Of a stretch of 64,000 bases of DNA, positions 52,206 through 64,000 are shown one piece after another (the first letter of the stretch is position 1; each line of letters begins with the position of its first letter). The position numbers were made by a program, and so were the translations under genes. The stretch is from contig NC_045707.1 of assembly GCF_009834535.1 (NCBI RefSeq), positions 56,050,001-56,114,000 of the forward strand. Reading direction: 5' to 3'. This DNA is from Camelus ferus. Taxonomy: Eukaryota. Below the pieces are notes generated by a model, which ran no database searches, was not told the origin of the DNA, and saw only the letters and a list, made by a program, of their open reading frames with translations.

Positions 52206-53359
52206 GGGGGAAAGGGAGCAGGACAAAAGAAACAAATTATTCTGTCACAGTTCCTAATTCAGAAGGCTGGACCATTTTGCGATATTTCTTGAATTTAAAA
52301 GGTGATGGGTGGGGTGAGGTTACAAAATGTGCACCATATTTCTAGATCCTCTGAATAAGCTACAGAATTAATATCAATTCAAATAATTTATTCTTGAGCA
52401 GCTATGTGCCTGTTTTGCATCTTCATAAAAACAAAGTGGATTTTTTCCCAAAGCATAAATAATCCTGTCGTTTTGCAGGCTGATGTGACATCTGCATAAA
52501 GATAATTAATTCCCATCTTCCGCTATTATCTATTTGTCCATTACCAAAGGGTAAATGGTGTTTTCTCTAGGCTCTTGTGCGCTAATGCACGATATTTACT
52601 GGTAATAAGTATTTTGAGCTATTGAAGAGCAGCTTCAAAAGGACATGAAATTAGCTAAACATACATCACAACACTGTGGTATTTACAACAGACTCCCATG
52701 GATAATGAAACTTCACTTAGGACACTGGATTTCTGTTCAGTCAACACATATCAAATACTACTAAAGGGATTGCTACCTGCAAAGGACCTCAGCTGATGGA
52801 ATTTAAACTTTATCTTGTAACACAGGGGAGTTTAGAGCATTCTTTGTGACAATCATCTTTTCAGATACTACAAAAGGTTTTCTGCAACAACTGTTATCTG
52901 CCCATCTCCAGAACAGCCAGATAAAATTTAATCATTGTGTGCCACACGGCTTGAACTGCTTTAATTTGGGGTTGCCTCAGCTCTGCTTGAGGAATGAAAA
53001 AATTAAAGGGCACGCACAGGAACAGAAGGACAAATAAATCCCTGTTGTGTTTTTCAAGATGCTCAGTAATGCTTTATTTTTTTTTCCCTTCCAGCAATAA
53101 AATCGGGTTTCTCTTCTGAGTACTTCTCCAATCCAAACCCAAGATTGCAGTATCTTTTTTTAGACCATCTTTTAACCATAAACCGAAATCCAACAAGCAT
53201 CAGAGCCCCCCTGAAAAAAGTATAAAGGTCCCTTCAGAAAGTTAAATTAGTAGTTTCCTTAGCCTGAGAAGTTATTTTTTCTGAGAGATCTCCAGTAGAG
53301 GGTACTTCCAAAGTGGGGCTTCAGTTGGGAAGATCACTATTTAAGCTGTTGCTTAATAT

Positions 53360-53825
53360 GTGGATGGGATACTGCCGGTGTCTGCCCCAAGCCTCATCTG
53401 CCCCCTCACCACCTTCCAGACAGAGATCACCATGAGGCACTACACCACGCAAGAAAAAGTAGAGGTTTGCAGGCACAAGTTCTACAAATGTTTCTGTTGC
53501 TTCTATAAATAAGAAAATGTTTAAAGACCTGGGAGATGTGCACCTTCCCCCATTTTACTTTCTCTGCTTGTCTCTGCCCAGAACATGGACCTGGTGCTTA
53601 GAAGGATAATGACGACCATGCAAGAATGGAGTGCTGTGGTGAGACTCAAGGCAACACACCAAGGATGGTGGAAGAGAAAGGAAAGCTCTGGTCTGCCATG
53701 TGGAGCAGCCCAGGTCGCTGGCCTCTGAACTTCTTGTTCTTTGAGAAAAAGAAACCCTTAATTATTTAAAGTCTCCAGAGACAGGTTTCCTGTTATTTGC
53801 AAACAAAAGCATCTCAAACTGAAAA
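53360..53825 (+). mobile_element. Old MaLR LTR (MLT1K/L-like)
   Basis: cctctgaacttcttgttctttgagaaaaagaaacccttaattatttaaag...tgttatttgcaaacaaaagcatctcaaactga is a late-MLT1 3' end. Confidence 0.55.
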
Positions 53826-53933
53826 AGTAGTTGACTCATTCCCTTTGATGAGAGTACTAAAAGTTCCAGTTTCAGAAGGTTGTCATAATATTTGCTGATA
53901 TTCCTCTCAAACACACAAATACTAAGTACTTTT

Positions 53934-54369
53934 TTTTATTGAAGTGTAGTTGATTTCCAATGTTGTGTTAGTTTCTGGTGTATATCATAGGGATTCAGTT
54001 TTATATATATATATATATATATTCCCTTTCATATTTTTTTTCACTGTAGGTTACTGCAAGTTACTGAATATAGTTCCCAGTGCTATACAGTATGACCTTG
54101 TTGTTTACTTATTCTGTACATGGGAGTTAGTATCTACCTATCCCAAACTCCTAATTTATCCCTCCACCCTGACCCTGTAACCCTAAGTTTGTTTTCTGTC
54201 TGCCTCTGTTTTGTAAATAAGTTCATTTGTGCCACTTTTTAAGATTCTGTATATAAGTGATATCATATGATATTTGTCTTTTTCTGTCTTCCTTCACTTG
54301 GTATGATAATCTCTAGGTCCATCCATGTTGCTGCAAATGGCATTATTTCATTCCTTTTTATGGCTGAGT
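53934..54369 (-). mobile_element. LINE-1 3' UTR fragment
   Basis: T-tail and L1 antisense through tttttatggctgagta. Imperfect TSD aatactaagtactttt / aatgctagctactttt. Confidence 0.93.
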
Positions 54370-54864
54370 AATGCTAGCTACTTTTGATAGATACTGCCAC
54401 TAGAAGGTTATAGAAGTCTAATACATGCAATTTACTACTTATTGCTGGTCAACAGTAGTCAAATTTCTGTATTATGGAATAATTGGTTACAAAGCACTTA
54501 ACATATGCTTAATTATTTAAAAAAGGAGGAAAAGAGAACAAAACTTTTCTCTCCAGGAGCATAGTTGAAGCAGCTAAGGAAAACACAGGAAAATAATGGA
54601 AAACAATGAGAAAAAATACAAAATATATACTTGAAATGCATAAGTCACAATGCCTTGTGACTAAGGAGTCATATTTTCTACACTGTTAAAGCAATTAAAA
54701 GGGCAGATTCGTGGGAAATATAACTATCAGCAAAGCATTGGTAAAATAAATAAGAATTATGACAAATTCTGAAGGTCAAAAATGGACATGGAATGTTTAA
54801 GAGATTATCACCACCACTCTGGTGAAAGGAAAGACTTGTGGCTGGGAAACAATGAAAAAGAATA

Positions 54865-55050
54865 ATAAGAACTACCATTTATTGAGTGGCTGATAGTCCT
54901 TATCTGGCATAATGCCAAAGGCTATCTGCTCTTGCATTTAACTCTCACAATAATTGTATGAAACACCTTTTATAGTCCTTGTTTACCAATGGGTAAATCA
55001 AAGCTCAAAAAATAAGTTACCAGCCAAATGCTACACACTACTACCAGAGC
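54865..55050 (-). mobile_element. MIR SINE
   Basis: ctaccatttattgagtg...catttaactctcacaataattgtatga...tttaccaatgggtaaatcaaagctca. Confidence 0.7.
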
Positions 55051-57859
55051 TGCAAGACAAAGTGTGTAACAAAGATGGTGAAAAGGTGTAGACACAGCCA
55101 AAACTGTTACAGGAAAGTACCTGTCTACACATGAAGCAACCATGATGCATTAGAGGGAGCAAATACTAGAGGCAAGGGGGTCACACGGTCTGGGTACAGA
55201 TGATGAAGGGGGGGTCATAAAAAAGGACTGGATCTAGGGAATGAAGAATGCACAAGACAGAGTGGAACATCACCTTCTTTAGAAGACAGCTATTTCTAAA
55301 CTCATTTCTTTTCGTTTGGACTATCTGGTTACTTCCTGTTCTAGTCTACCATATAGTGATGGTATATAATGTAAATATTACAGATATCACAATAGTTTTG
55401 AAAGACATCCTTGCCTCACTTAGGCTTAGCCTTGTCTCATTTAGGCTTAGCCATGAGACTGAAGACACAAAGGAAGATGATGTGACATAAGAGAAGTCTC
55501 CAAAAGGAAAAAAAATGAAAACCTATTTCTGTCTACCTTGAACGATTTTGGTCACAAGGATGCAGAGCACAGAAGAGTTCATGAAAGTCAAGTACAGGAG
55601 TCCTGCATCCAAGGGACAGGGAGGTGCTTTGGGAGTAGCCTCCAAAACATCTGTGGGAATGAGAATCTTCTTTGGCCTACAGATGTTCATGATGACCTCC
55701 ACATGGTACACAGTGGACCCAGAATTTTATGTGACCTGGGAAGGAAAATGCAAATGCTAAGAAACATACATAGACTGGAAGAACTGTCCTGGGAATCAAA
55801 CAAAGGGGTTTGTCCAGATTCTCTCAATAGAAAGACAGAACTACTTACATGTTAGCAATCACTTTTTCTGATCACAGGAACAGATGAGAATTCCAAGGGC
55901 TCCCTACAGACCTAAGGACCTCATCTCCCCCTCGACCCAGTGTCCGACTTTCTTCTCCATACACCTGCATGACTTCTTGAAGGGAAGCAGACAGACAGGA
56001 AGGCAAACCCTAGAGCCTCCCATTTTACCTAAAGATTTGCTTTAATTGTGTGGGACTAAGTTTCTTCTACCTGACTAAGCAGTGATTTCCTTCCCTACTA
56101 TCCAGGAAGCAAGGAAGGCCAGCTCCATTAACAGAGTAATGAAAAAGCTCTCATTTTCTCTGCACATCTGGGCTGAGACTGAATAATTTAACCATGCACA
56201 GAAATTAAAAAAAAATCAATATTACCCCTAGGAAAGCCCTCTTGAGAGAGAATACAAATAAACAACTTTTATATTGGAAAAGTATGTGTAACTGGATATT
56301 AAAATAAGAGCTGTGGTTGAGGCCTCAGAGGATAAATATCAGATACACAGGGAGATGCAAACTGAAATGCAAACTTCAAAGTAGGCTTCACAGAAGTATT
56401 GGACCCCGTGCTGACTTAGTGGGCCCCAACTGTCAGCGATGGAGATGGAGGGAAACAGGGGTGATAGTGTGAGCTCCTTCACTTCAAGAAAGAGGAACTC
56501 AAGGGCACGTTGAAAGCTTGTTATGTCGTCCCAGAGTGGAAGGCAGCACTTACTGGTGTTCCTAGCCTGAGGAGTATCAGATGGCCTGGGGTAGCATGAC
56601 AGTGCTGCACTGGAAAGCACCTGATGGTTTCCCTTTCCAAGAGTTGGTCAAAGATAGGCAACTGTTCCCTGTGGATTAGCAGCGGGTCTGGCAGGAGGAA
56701 GGGCCAGCTTGGAGCCACCTTGAATTCTTTCAAAGATGGCCACATGGCAGGGTCACCAATAAAGGCTATGACACAGACCATCAAAAAACGGCGGCAGAGG
56801 AGAAAGTGTCAACCAGAGGGAAAAACCAAACACTCCAGGGGAGCTGTGGTCAGCGGCTCCCAGCAGGGAAGGCTCTGATGGATTCAGAGACACACCCACA
56901 AGAAAACGAGTCAGCTCTGAGTATCTGCCGGGTCTCGAGTAGGCAAAGCCAGTGCGAATCCACACTACACACAGAAAGAACTTTCCTGTGGACCCTTTAC
57001 ACCAGTCTGTATTTCAGAAGAGTCTCTGACAGAAGACAGGAGAAGCAGCAGAAAGGAAGAAGCATGCGCCAAGAAGCAGCAGCCCCCTCTGCTTTGTCAC
57101 TTACCGTATCCCCCAGCCCAGAACTAGTAGGTGTTCAATGAGTCACACTGCCCGTTCCAGAACGCAGACTCCCTTCTACAGCAAAGTCCACCAGAGGCAG
57201 AAGATTTATTTCCCAAATAAGACTATAACTGCAATTTAAAGGGATTATAAGGCTTTCTAGTACCAGAAAAGTCAGAATTTTGATTAATACCAGGGGATAA
57301 ACTTCCCCCTTCGAGGACATTTTAAATGGATAGTAGTAAGCACAATTTCAACTTGTATTATGATTTTATCCCGTGAGTCACACATGGTCAATGTACTAAT
57401 TACTCAGGCTATGGTTTACAAAGCAACTTACCATACATGTTCCATTTCATCTTTATATCAATCAATGACACTTTCATAGTTTAAGGAATTAGGACTCAAT
57501 GAATAGTGAGCCCCAATATTGGTTCTATGATACACGTTTTGTAAAGCCAACTCTACTGCTCTTTGCAGTACACCTCCTGGTTTTCCCTTAGGTTCTCCTG
57601 AGTAAGTCTTCCTGGATTCCTAGCTAGCAATTCCTACCTACAAAAAGATGGATAACCCTGGACTCTTGCTTTCATTACACCCCAGCTATTCCCAACAGAC
57701 AGTCCTTTCATCCACTGTTCGATTCACTTAGCCTACCTGCCTTCCTGACCAATGATTAAAAAATCTGTCTCATCAGATTTAACACAGGATTAAGTCCAGC
57801 AAAAATAAACAGAAATTCCAAAATAAGAGTGATACAAACAAGATGGGATCTTATTCCAT

Positions 57860-58160
57860 CTACATAAATATATAGTCCAGTACTAGAAATGGCAGGTCCC
57901 TAACAATAAGGGACCCAGACATAACCCTATCTTGTTGCTCTGCTATGTTCAACTCATAATTATCTGACTTTTGGTCCATCCTGGCCCTACCATCACACCT
58001 ACATTCAAGCCAGCAGGAAATAGGGAAGGAAATCCTGTCTATTAAGGTACACACATCTCTTCTGCTTACATCCCAGTGGCCAGAACTAAATGAAATAGCC
58101 ATGCTTACCCACAAAGAGGCTGGGAAATCTGAGCCCTTAAAGGGCAGACGTGTGTCTTAT
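57860..58160 (-). mobile_element. Old MaLR LTR fragment (MLT1J-like)
   Basis: ttctgcttacatcccagtggccagaactaaatgaaatagccatgc...aaagaggctgggaaat. Confidence 0.65.
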
Positions 58161-61036
58161 TCAAGTGTTCAACATGGACTAAACACTGTTTAAAACATTG
58201 GCCACTATGATTCTTATAGTCACCGCTATATTCATTCACACAATACACATTTATCAAACAACTTTCTAGGTATCATTTTTAATCAACCAAAGAGAAGACG
58301 TACTAAGGATCATTTTACTAATTTTTTTTCATCACCTACAAAAACAGCTACCACTGATATTTAAATAACTAACAACAATAGCTGGTTCTACTTGGCCAAA
58401 ACAGCCTCAAAGTGTTTAAACATTTGGTGGTAAATGATCTGGAAATCTCACTCCATGTGAAAGAGAGCATATTCAACTCTCACGTTTTCATACTAGGTCA
58501 ACAGACAATTCATTCCAAGTGTCAGAGGAAAATGTTCCCAAGTCTGAAATAAAACTCATCACACAGCATTAAAATTTGAAAAATGTTATGAAACTAAAAT
58601 GAACACAAGAGCCAACTCGTTGTTTATATCTATTTAAGAGAGGAAATAAGTATTAATAATTCTTAATGCATTCATTTGGAATGCAAAACTCTCCGCCACT
58701 CAGTAAGTGATCACAAAAGTTAACAGGCAACAGATCACTCTTCTTAATCAAAATCACAGGAAATACCCTCATAAACTAACTGGAAGGTAGGAAGTCTGAT
58801 AAAGCAGCTAAAACCACAGGGTAAAAGTCAATTCCTCCTTGATATTCCACTCCAATTACTCACCACGGGGAAGATGTAGTTTTATGAATAATGAAGATGC
58901 TCTGATTTATTCACTAGAGATAATATAGGTTTGTCCCTGGCATACTAATTTAGGGGAACAAAATCATTTCTGCCATTTGTCCTTTGCAAACTTGCAGATG
59001 GATAGAAAAGGAAAAAAAATAATTATAGTAGATCAAATGACTTACACTATTTTATTTAACTTGGAACTATTAGGAATTTCTAAGAGAAGCAAAAGGAAAA
59101 ACACCAAAGTAATTCAATGCCTCCTGTAAATTACCATTGGGAAAGTTGAGAACACAAAGCTAGCTTCCTATACCAATGGGCTTTCCTCCCTTCTCCCAAC
59201 ATATATTTATTATTCCATATCACTGCCTAAAATGCTTTCTTTTGAATGTGATCCTCTGAAGGACATCAGGGAACTGTCTCCCTTGGGGGCTCTGATATTT
59301 CTTCTTTCAAATGCATTTAAAAAAGCTCAGTAGGGTGATGGTGGCTTCCTATCAGGAATTTTGAGCATCATAGATTTAAATCTCTCTACAAACAATCAAA
59401 TTTGTAGTTGGAAACTTCTGTGTTGTTTTAATCTTTAACTTCTATTTATCCATTTTTATTTCCCAGACTATTTGTAATATGTATATAAGCAAAACCAAGA
59501 GGCAAGCCTATCATGTTGCTTACAGTGGCATGTACTTCCTGCTCCTTTCCTGGGGTAGGGAGAGCTGCCTGCCATCTTAAATAAATATATTAATCATGTG
59601 GCTGTTTTTCAAAGTTTCCCACAGAGCGGTTGCTTCAGAGCAGTAAACAGAACTGTCCAGTCTCCCAGGGTGGATGCTCTGTGTGTACGTTCAAACTCAT
59701 TTCTAAACAGAGCTACACATAACAATTTTAATTATTAACATGACTATCCCTGTAGTGTCATTTCAGACATGACATTTAAAAAAAAAAACATGTTACAGAT
59801 TATTCAGTTGAACATAATATAGGAAAAAATTATTTGGCCAAATCAGTGTTACATTTACCATTATTTAACTTTATCATTACATCAATGTAAATTAAGTTTC
59901 TTCAAAGGGTGGGGATTAAACAATACCATAATTTTACAATTCTATACAAAATTTTATTAAGGAAAAGACTCATGGCATTGGCCACTCAACACTTACAGCT
60001 ATTCAGCACAATTTCTTAATGGAAGTACTATCCTCTCAGTTCGATAAATATTACCTCCCCTTGGACATTTTATTTTAATGGTCATAAATTCTAACTCATC
60101 TTTAGTTGCTTATATTTCGTATGATTTAAGAACATCTCAAATCATGGATATATTAATGTATAAAAGTGGAGCACTTGTTGTTTTGTAAGGTAAAAGGAAG
60201 ATTAATAAGTTTGCCTACTCTATGTATCTTAAAAGCTATATAACTGGGACATTCATTAAAGACTTCACGTCAGCTTCGATTAATTAGAAGCAACCAAGAT
60301 TTTCCTTTTCCAATTATCTATTCTTAGGTAAAGTCTATTGTTTGGGATACACATCAAATAGCAAGTGGCAATCTTGGTTTGTACTTCTCAGAAACATTAA
60401 CATGCTAGCAATAATATAGCAATCATAGGACGAAATATCCATCATTGGAATAATGTCAAGACCATAGAAAATGTTAGCCTTTCCTTAGCCTTTTCAGACA
60501 AGACTGTGGAAGGAAAACACAATGGAGGGAGGAAAGATTTGAAATAAAAAAGTCATTCTGATATTATGTGGCAGTTGCCCTCACCATTTACATTACTGGA
60601 AAGCATGCATAATAGAACACAATAGCTAAAAAGAACAACGATTATAAAGCCACTGAAATCAAAGAGGAATTAAACAAAAAAGTCAAAACTGGAGGACTTG
60701 ATTACATGAACACTCTAATGGTACTTTATTGATGCTGGAAGATGTTTAAAGCAACTCTAAGACAAAAAGAAATTCTGTTCTTTATACATAGGAAATGTTT
60801 GTCAAAAATAAGTTAATCACTTTGACAAGTTGATAATTATTTTAATAAATGAGGAAATGAAAGAACTATTGAGAAGAATGGCTGGATGCTAACCTAAAAT
60901 AACACTTAAATGTAGTCAAAACAGTATTCAAAGTGAAGTTTAGCTTTGAATTTTCGGTACCATTTATTTCCATTTATGTTCTATTGCTCCCTTCCAAGGT
61001 ACCTCAATGGAAAAGAAAAGCCCTACACCAGGTGTG

Positions 61037-62054
61037 CAGGGCCTGGGCTACGGTTAGGTGAGAAAGGCTTTTATCTCAGGTGCAAAATTTAAAACTCAGT
61101 AATCAAGATCAAGAAATTAATATAATATTGTAAAAAATAAAGTTAATGTAAAAAAAAAAAACAACATTTAAATAAACACAAGATCAGTATTATAATTGAG
61201 CAGGATCTTATAGGGTCTTCCCGGGACAGACCTCCCATATCCTCTGCCTGCTTCTTGTTTATAGAAAAGCTGTCATCTCCTAGGCCTCTCTGGAGTTACA
61301 AAAGCCTGGCTCAGGAATTAATGATTGAAAGGATTTGAACAGGTAGTAACAAAAGTAGCAGCTGGACCAGGAGAACTGGTAACAATTCAAACAGTAAATC
61401 AGCCATATGACAGTCACAGAATCTTTAGTTCCTGCCTGAAGTACATAGATAACAGTATCTGATGCATGTTTTACACATACTACAACCTCCACCAAATGGA
61501 AGAAGTTACCTACATGATGACTATGAGTGTGTAGCCCCTAGACCAGCTGGAGCCTGAGAACTGATAATCTTAAATCCTGTGACACCACCATAAGCCAATC
61601 ACAGAACTGTGCACAAGCTGATCTTATACCTTGTGACCCTCCTCCTTCACCTGGTCTTTAAAATCACTTCCCTGACACCCATCAAGGAGCACAGGCCTTC
61701 TGAGCATCAGCTGTCTGGCGCCTTACAATAAACACTGCACTTTGCTCCACCACAACCCTGTGTCAGTAGATGCATTAGCTTTCCTGTGAGCCGGTGAGCG
61801 GACCTGTTTGGTTTGGTAATGGTGTTACTGACTTTTTCTTTTGCCTCAAACCAAAATGTGGCTCACTCAGCACAACTGATTACTGATCCTTCCTTTAACG
61901 TGATATTTGGTTTGTTATGGAATTTTTGCATTGACTTCACTGATGACTACATTAGCATACAATGTATCTTATTATTGAGTTTTGGGCACTATCCCCTCCC
62001 TCTAAAATTTTGTGCTCAGGGCAAGTATCTCCACTTCCTCCTAGTCTCAGCCTG
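61037..62054. mobile_element. hAT-Tip100-type MITE (MER91-related) split by an LTR
   Basis: Imperfect terminal inverted repeats cagggcctgggcta...tagtctcagcctg; subterminal caggtgcaaaattta / taaattttgtgctcag. Flanks rejoin as aagatcagt(a/g)ttactga. Confidence 0.55.
61191..61821 (+). mobile_element. ERV1-like solo LTR
   Basis: Decayed termini tataattgagcagg...tttggtaatg; TSD gtat/gtgt; gccaatcacagaactgtgcacaagctgatc; AATAAA ~61727; gtgagcggacc near the 3' end. Confidence 0.82.
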
Positions 62055-62174
62055 CAGTTTAGGATTCAATAAATATCTGTTGAATGAGGGACAGAAGGTG
62101 CAAATTAACCTATGTTAATATTTCCTTGCCACCTGCAACAAATCCCAGGCTCTTTCAATATACTCCCTTGATAG

Positions 62175-62335
62175 CTCCATTTACGAGCACCCTTCTTTGT
62201 CATGTACTTTATTTATATTACCTCTAATTCTCCTAAGAACACTTCCAGGTAAATATAACTCCTATTTTATGACTGAGGAAATGACTTTCTGACAGTGGCT
62301 TGCTCACAACACAGGCCCTCAGTAAATAGTGGTTG
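62175..62335 (-). mobile_element. MIR SINE
   Basis: ccatttacgagcacct...taattctcctaagaac...cctattttatgactgaggaaat. Confidence 0.6.
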
Positions 62336-62480
62336 GATAATAATGACAAAGCCAATAAGCAGAGACCTAAACTTTACCCCAAGTACATGTCCCTCCAGCT
62401 CACCAATCGTCAACCCCATGCAGCCATTTTAAACTTCTCTAGTTGGATTTTGGTGTTCCTCTTCTATTTCCAGTAACAGA

Positions 62481-62890
62481 TATGGGAGACAGAATACTAG
62501 TATGACCCTCACGACCTCTGCCCCTTGGTGTCATTGCTGTGATCAGGGCAAAGGACTGATGATACAGGTTGGACTAATCTAATCAATGAACCCTTCAAAG
62601 GCAAAGAGTTGTCTATGGTTGGTGACAGAAGGGGATGTCAGAGAGATCCCAAACACGAGGACTTGACACACCACTGCTGGCTTTGCAGAGCACTGCCCTC
62701 AGCAAGGAGACGGGAACTTCAGACCTACAACCACAAGGACTGGACTCAGCCAACAACCTATCTTTCCCAGAACCTCCAGATAAAAGCCCAGCTGATTCCT
62801 TGACTTCATCCTTGTTGGACTCTCCGCAGAGAACACAGCCAGGCCTGCTCAGACTTATAGTAATTATGCAGCAACATAAAACGTACATAT
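62481..62890 (+). mobile_element. MaLR LTR (MLT1E/F-like)
   Basis: cagcaaggagacgggaacttcagacctacaaccacaaggactggactcagccaacaacct...gaacctccagataaaagcccagctga...gtaattatgcagca. Confidence 0.8.
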
Positions 62891-63467
62891 CAACTCCAGC
62901 ATAACTACCTCATAATATTACCAAGCATGACGATTACCCGTTCACCTGAGCTCCTTAGTATTAAGGCCTCGGGATGTGCCCACACACCCTGGTGTGACTT
63001 GCCCAAGGTCAGATACATTATGGGGGCACAATTGCTGCTGAAAAGATAAATAAATTCACACACTGGTTCTTCAATAAAATTTTAAGGTTTTGACAGTAAA
63101 GATGAGAAGGAAGCAACTTATGTCTAACTTACCTCAATTAGCATCTGTGGGCTAAACTTTGCCACTTCATATCCTGGTATGCAATTGAAGGAACACAGAT
63201 TTCATAGACCAGTTCCACTACGATGTAAACTTGGGCTATTTACTTGGTTAAACCTCAGCTTCATTTTATAGTCTGTAAAAAACTATGCAAGTTTAGATAT
63301 ATGCACAGTGCCCCCCACAAAGAAGACACATAAAATATCCCTAATGTCACCACGTTCTTATTTTTCTTCACTCCAATTGCCCTGCCTTCCAGCTTCTTCA
63401 TGGCCATCAGGCTAACACCCAATATCATAATCTCTGAAAAACCTTCCCTCATAACTGCTTCTACCTT

Positions 63468-64000
63468 CCCCTCATGCACTGTTGGTGAGAGTGTAAATTG
63501 GTACAGCCACTGTAAAAACAGAACCACCATATAATCCAGCAATCCCACTTCTGGGTATTTACCTGAAAAAAATAAAAACACTAATTCAAAAAGATACATG
63601 CACTCCTATGTTCACTGCAGCGCTATTTACAATAGCCAACCTAAGCATCCATTGACAGATGAATGAATAAAGAAGATGCCTTACACAAACACACACAGGA
63701 ATATTATTTAGCCATGAAAAAGAATGAAATCTTGCCATTTTTGACAACATGGATGGAACCAAAGGGTATTGTGCTAAGTGAAATAGGCTAGCTAGAGAAA
63801 GACAAATACTATATGATCTTACTTATACATATAATATAAAAAAAACCCAAAAAAACCAAACAAACAAAACAGTAAAATTCAGATACAGAGGGAAACGGGT
63901 GGTTACCAGAGGGGAGAGGAGGGTGTGGGAGGCAAAACAGGTGAAGGGGATTAAGAGGTATAAACATTCAGTTATAAAATACATAAGTCATGGGGATGTG
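63468..64000 (+). mobile_element. Older L1 (L1MA9-like) ORF2 end + 3' UTR, running off the window
   Basis: ccagcaatcccacttctgggtatttacc...atgttcactgcagcgctatttacaatagcca...gaaggggattaagaggta...taagtcatggggatg. Confidence 0.92.

Noticed and set aside
1..64000. Prokaryotic-type systems (CRISPR, operons, defence loci), NUMTs, known miRNA or snRNA genes
   Set aside because: The DNA is mammalian. I saw no repeat-spacer arrays, gene-dense segments, mitochondrial sequence or known small-RNA sequences by eye; Rfam and BLAST searches would be needed to exclude diverged ones.

Overview
Mammalian genomic DNA, very probably camelid (camel/llama/alpaca), judged from five copies of a tRNA-derived SINE matching the Vic-1 pattern and many copies of one cetartiodactyl-type LINE-1 3' end. 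I recognise no protein-coding exon. The supplied ORFs are chance frames or L1/LTR/SINE-derived. The window is AT-rich unique DNA interspersed with truncated L1s (most with readable target-site duplications, TSDs), four ERV solo LTRs, MaLR LTRs, hAT/Tigger MITEs, MIR and L2. A-run skew on + and the all-plus orientation of the four ERV LTRs suggest a long intron of a minus-strand gene that I cannot name. I found no evidence of a new biological system. The best observations are mutational-mechanism fossils: a 121-bp locally templated insertion inside an L1 microsatellite (16147-16267, copied from 16795-16915), two opposite L1s that used the same palindromic endonuclease site (50471|50472), a twin-primed L1 inversion, and nested insertions. 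A few weak minus-strand exon candidates are also listed. Repeat family names are from memory of consensus motifs, not from a database search. Boundaries of ancient repeats are approximate.
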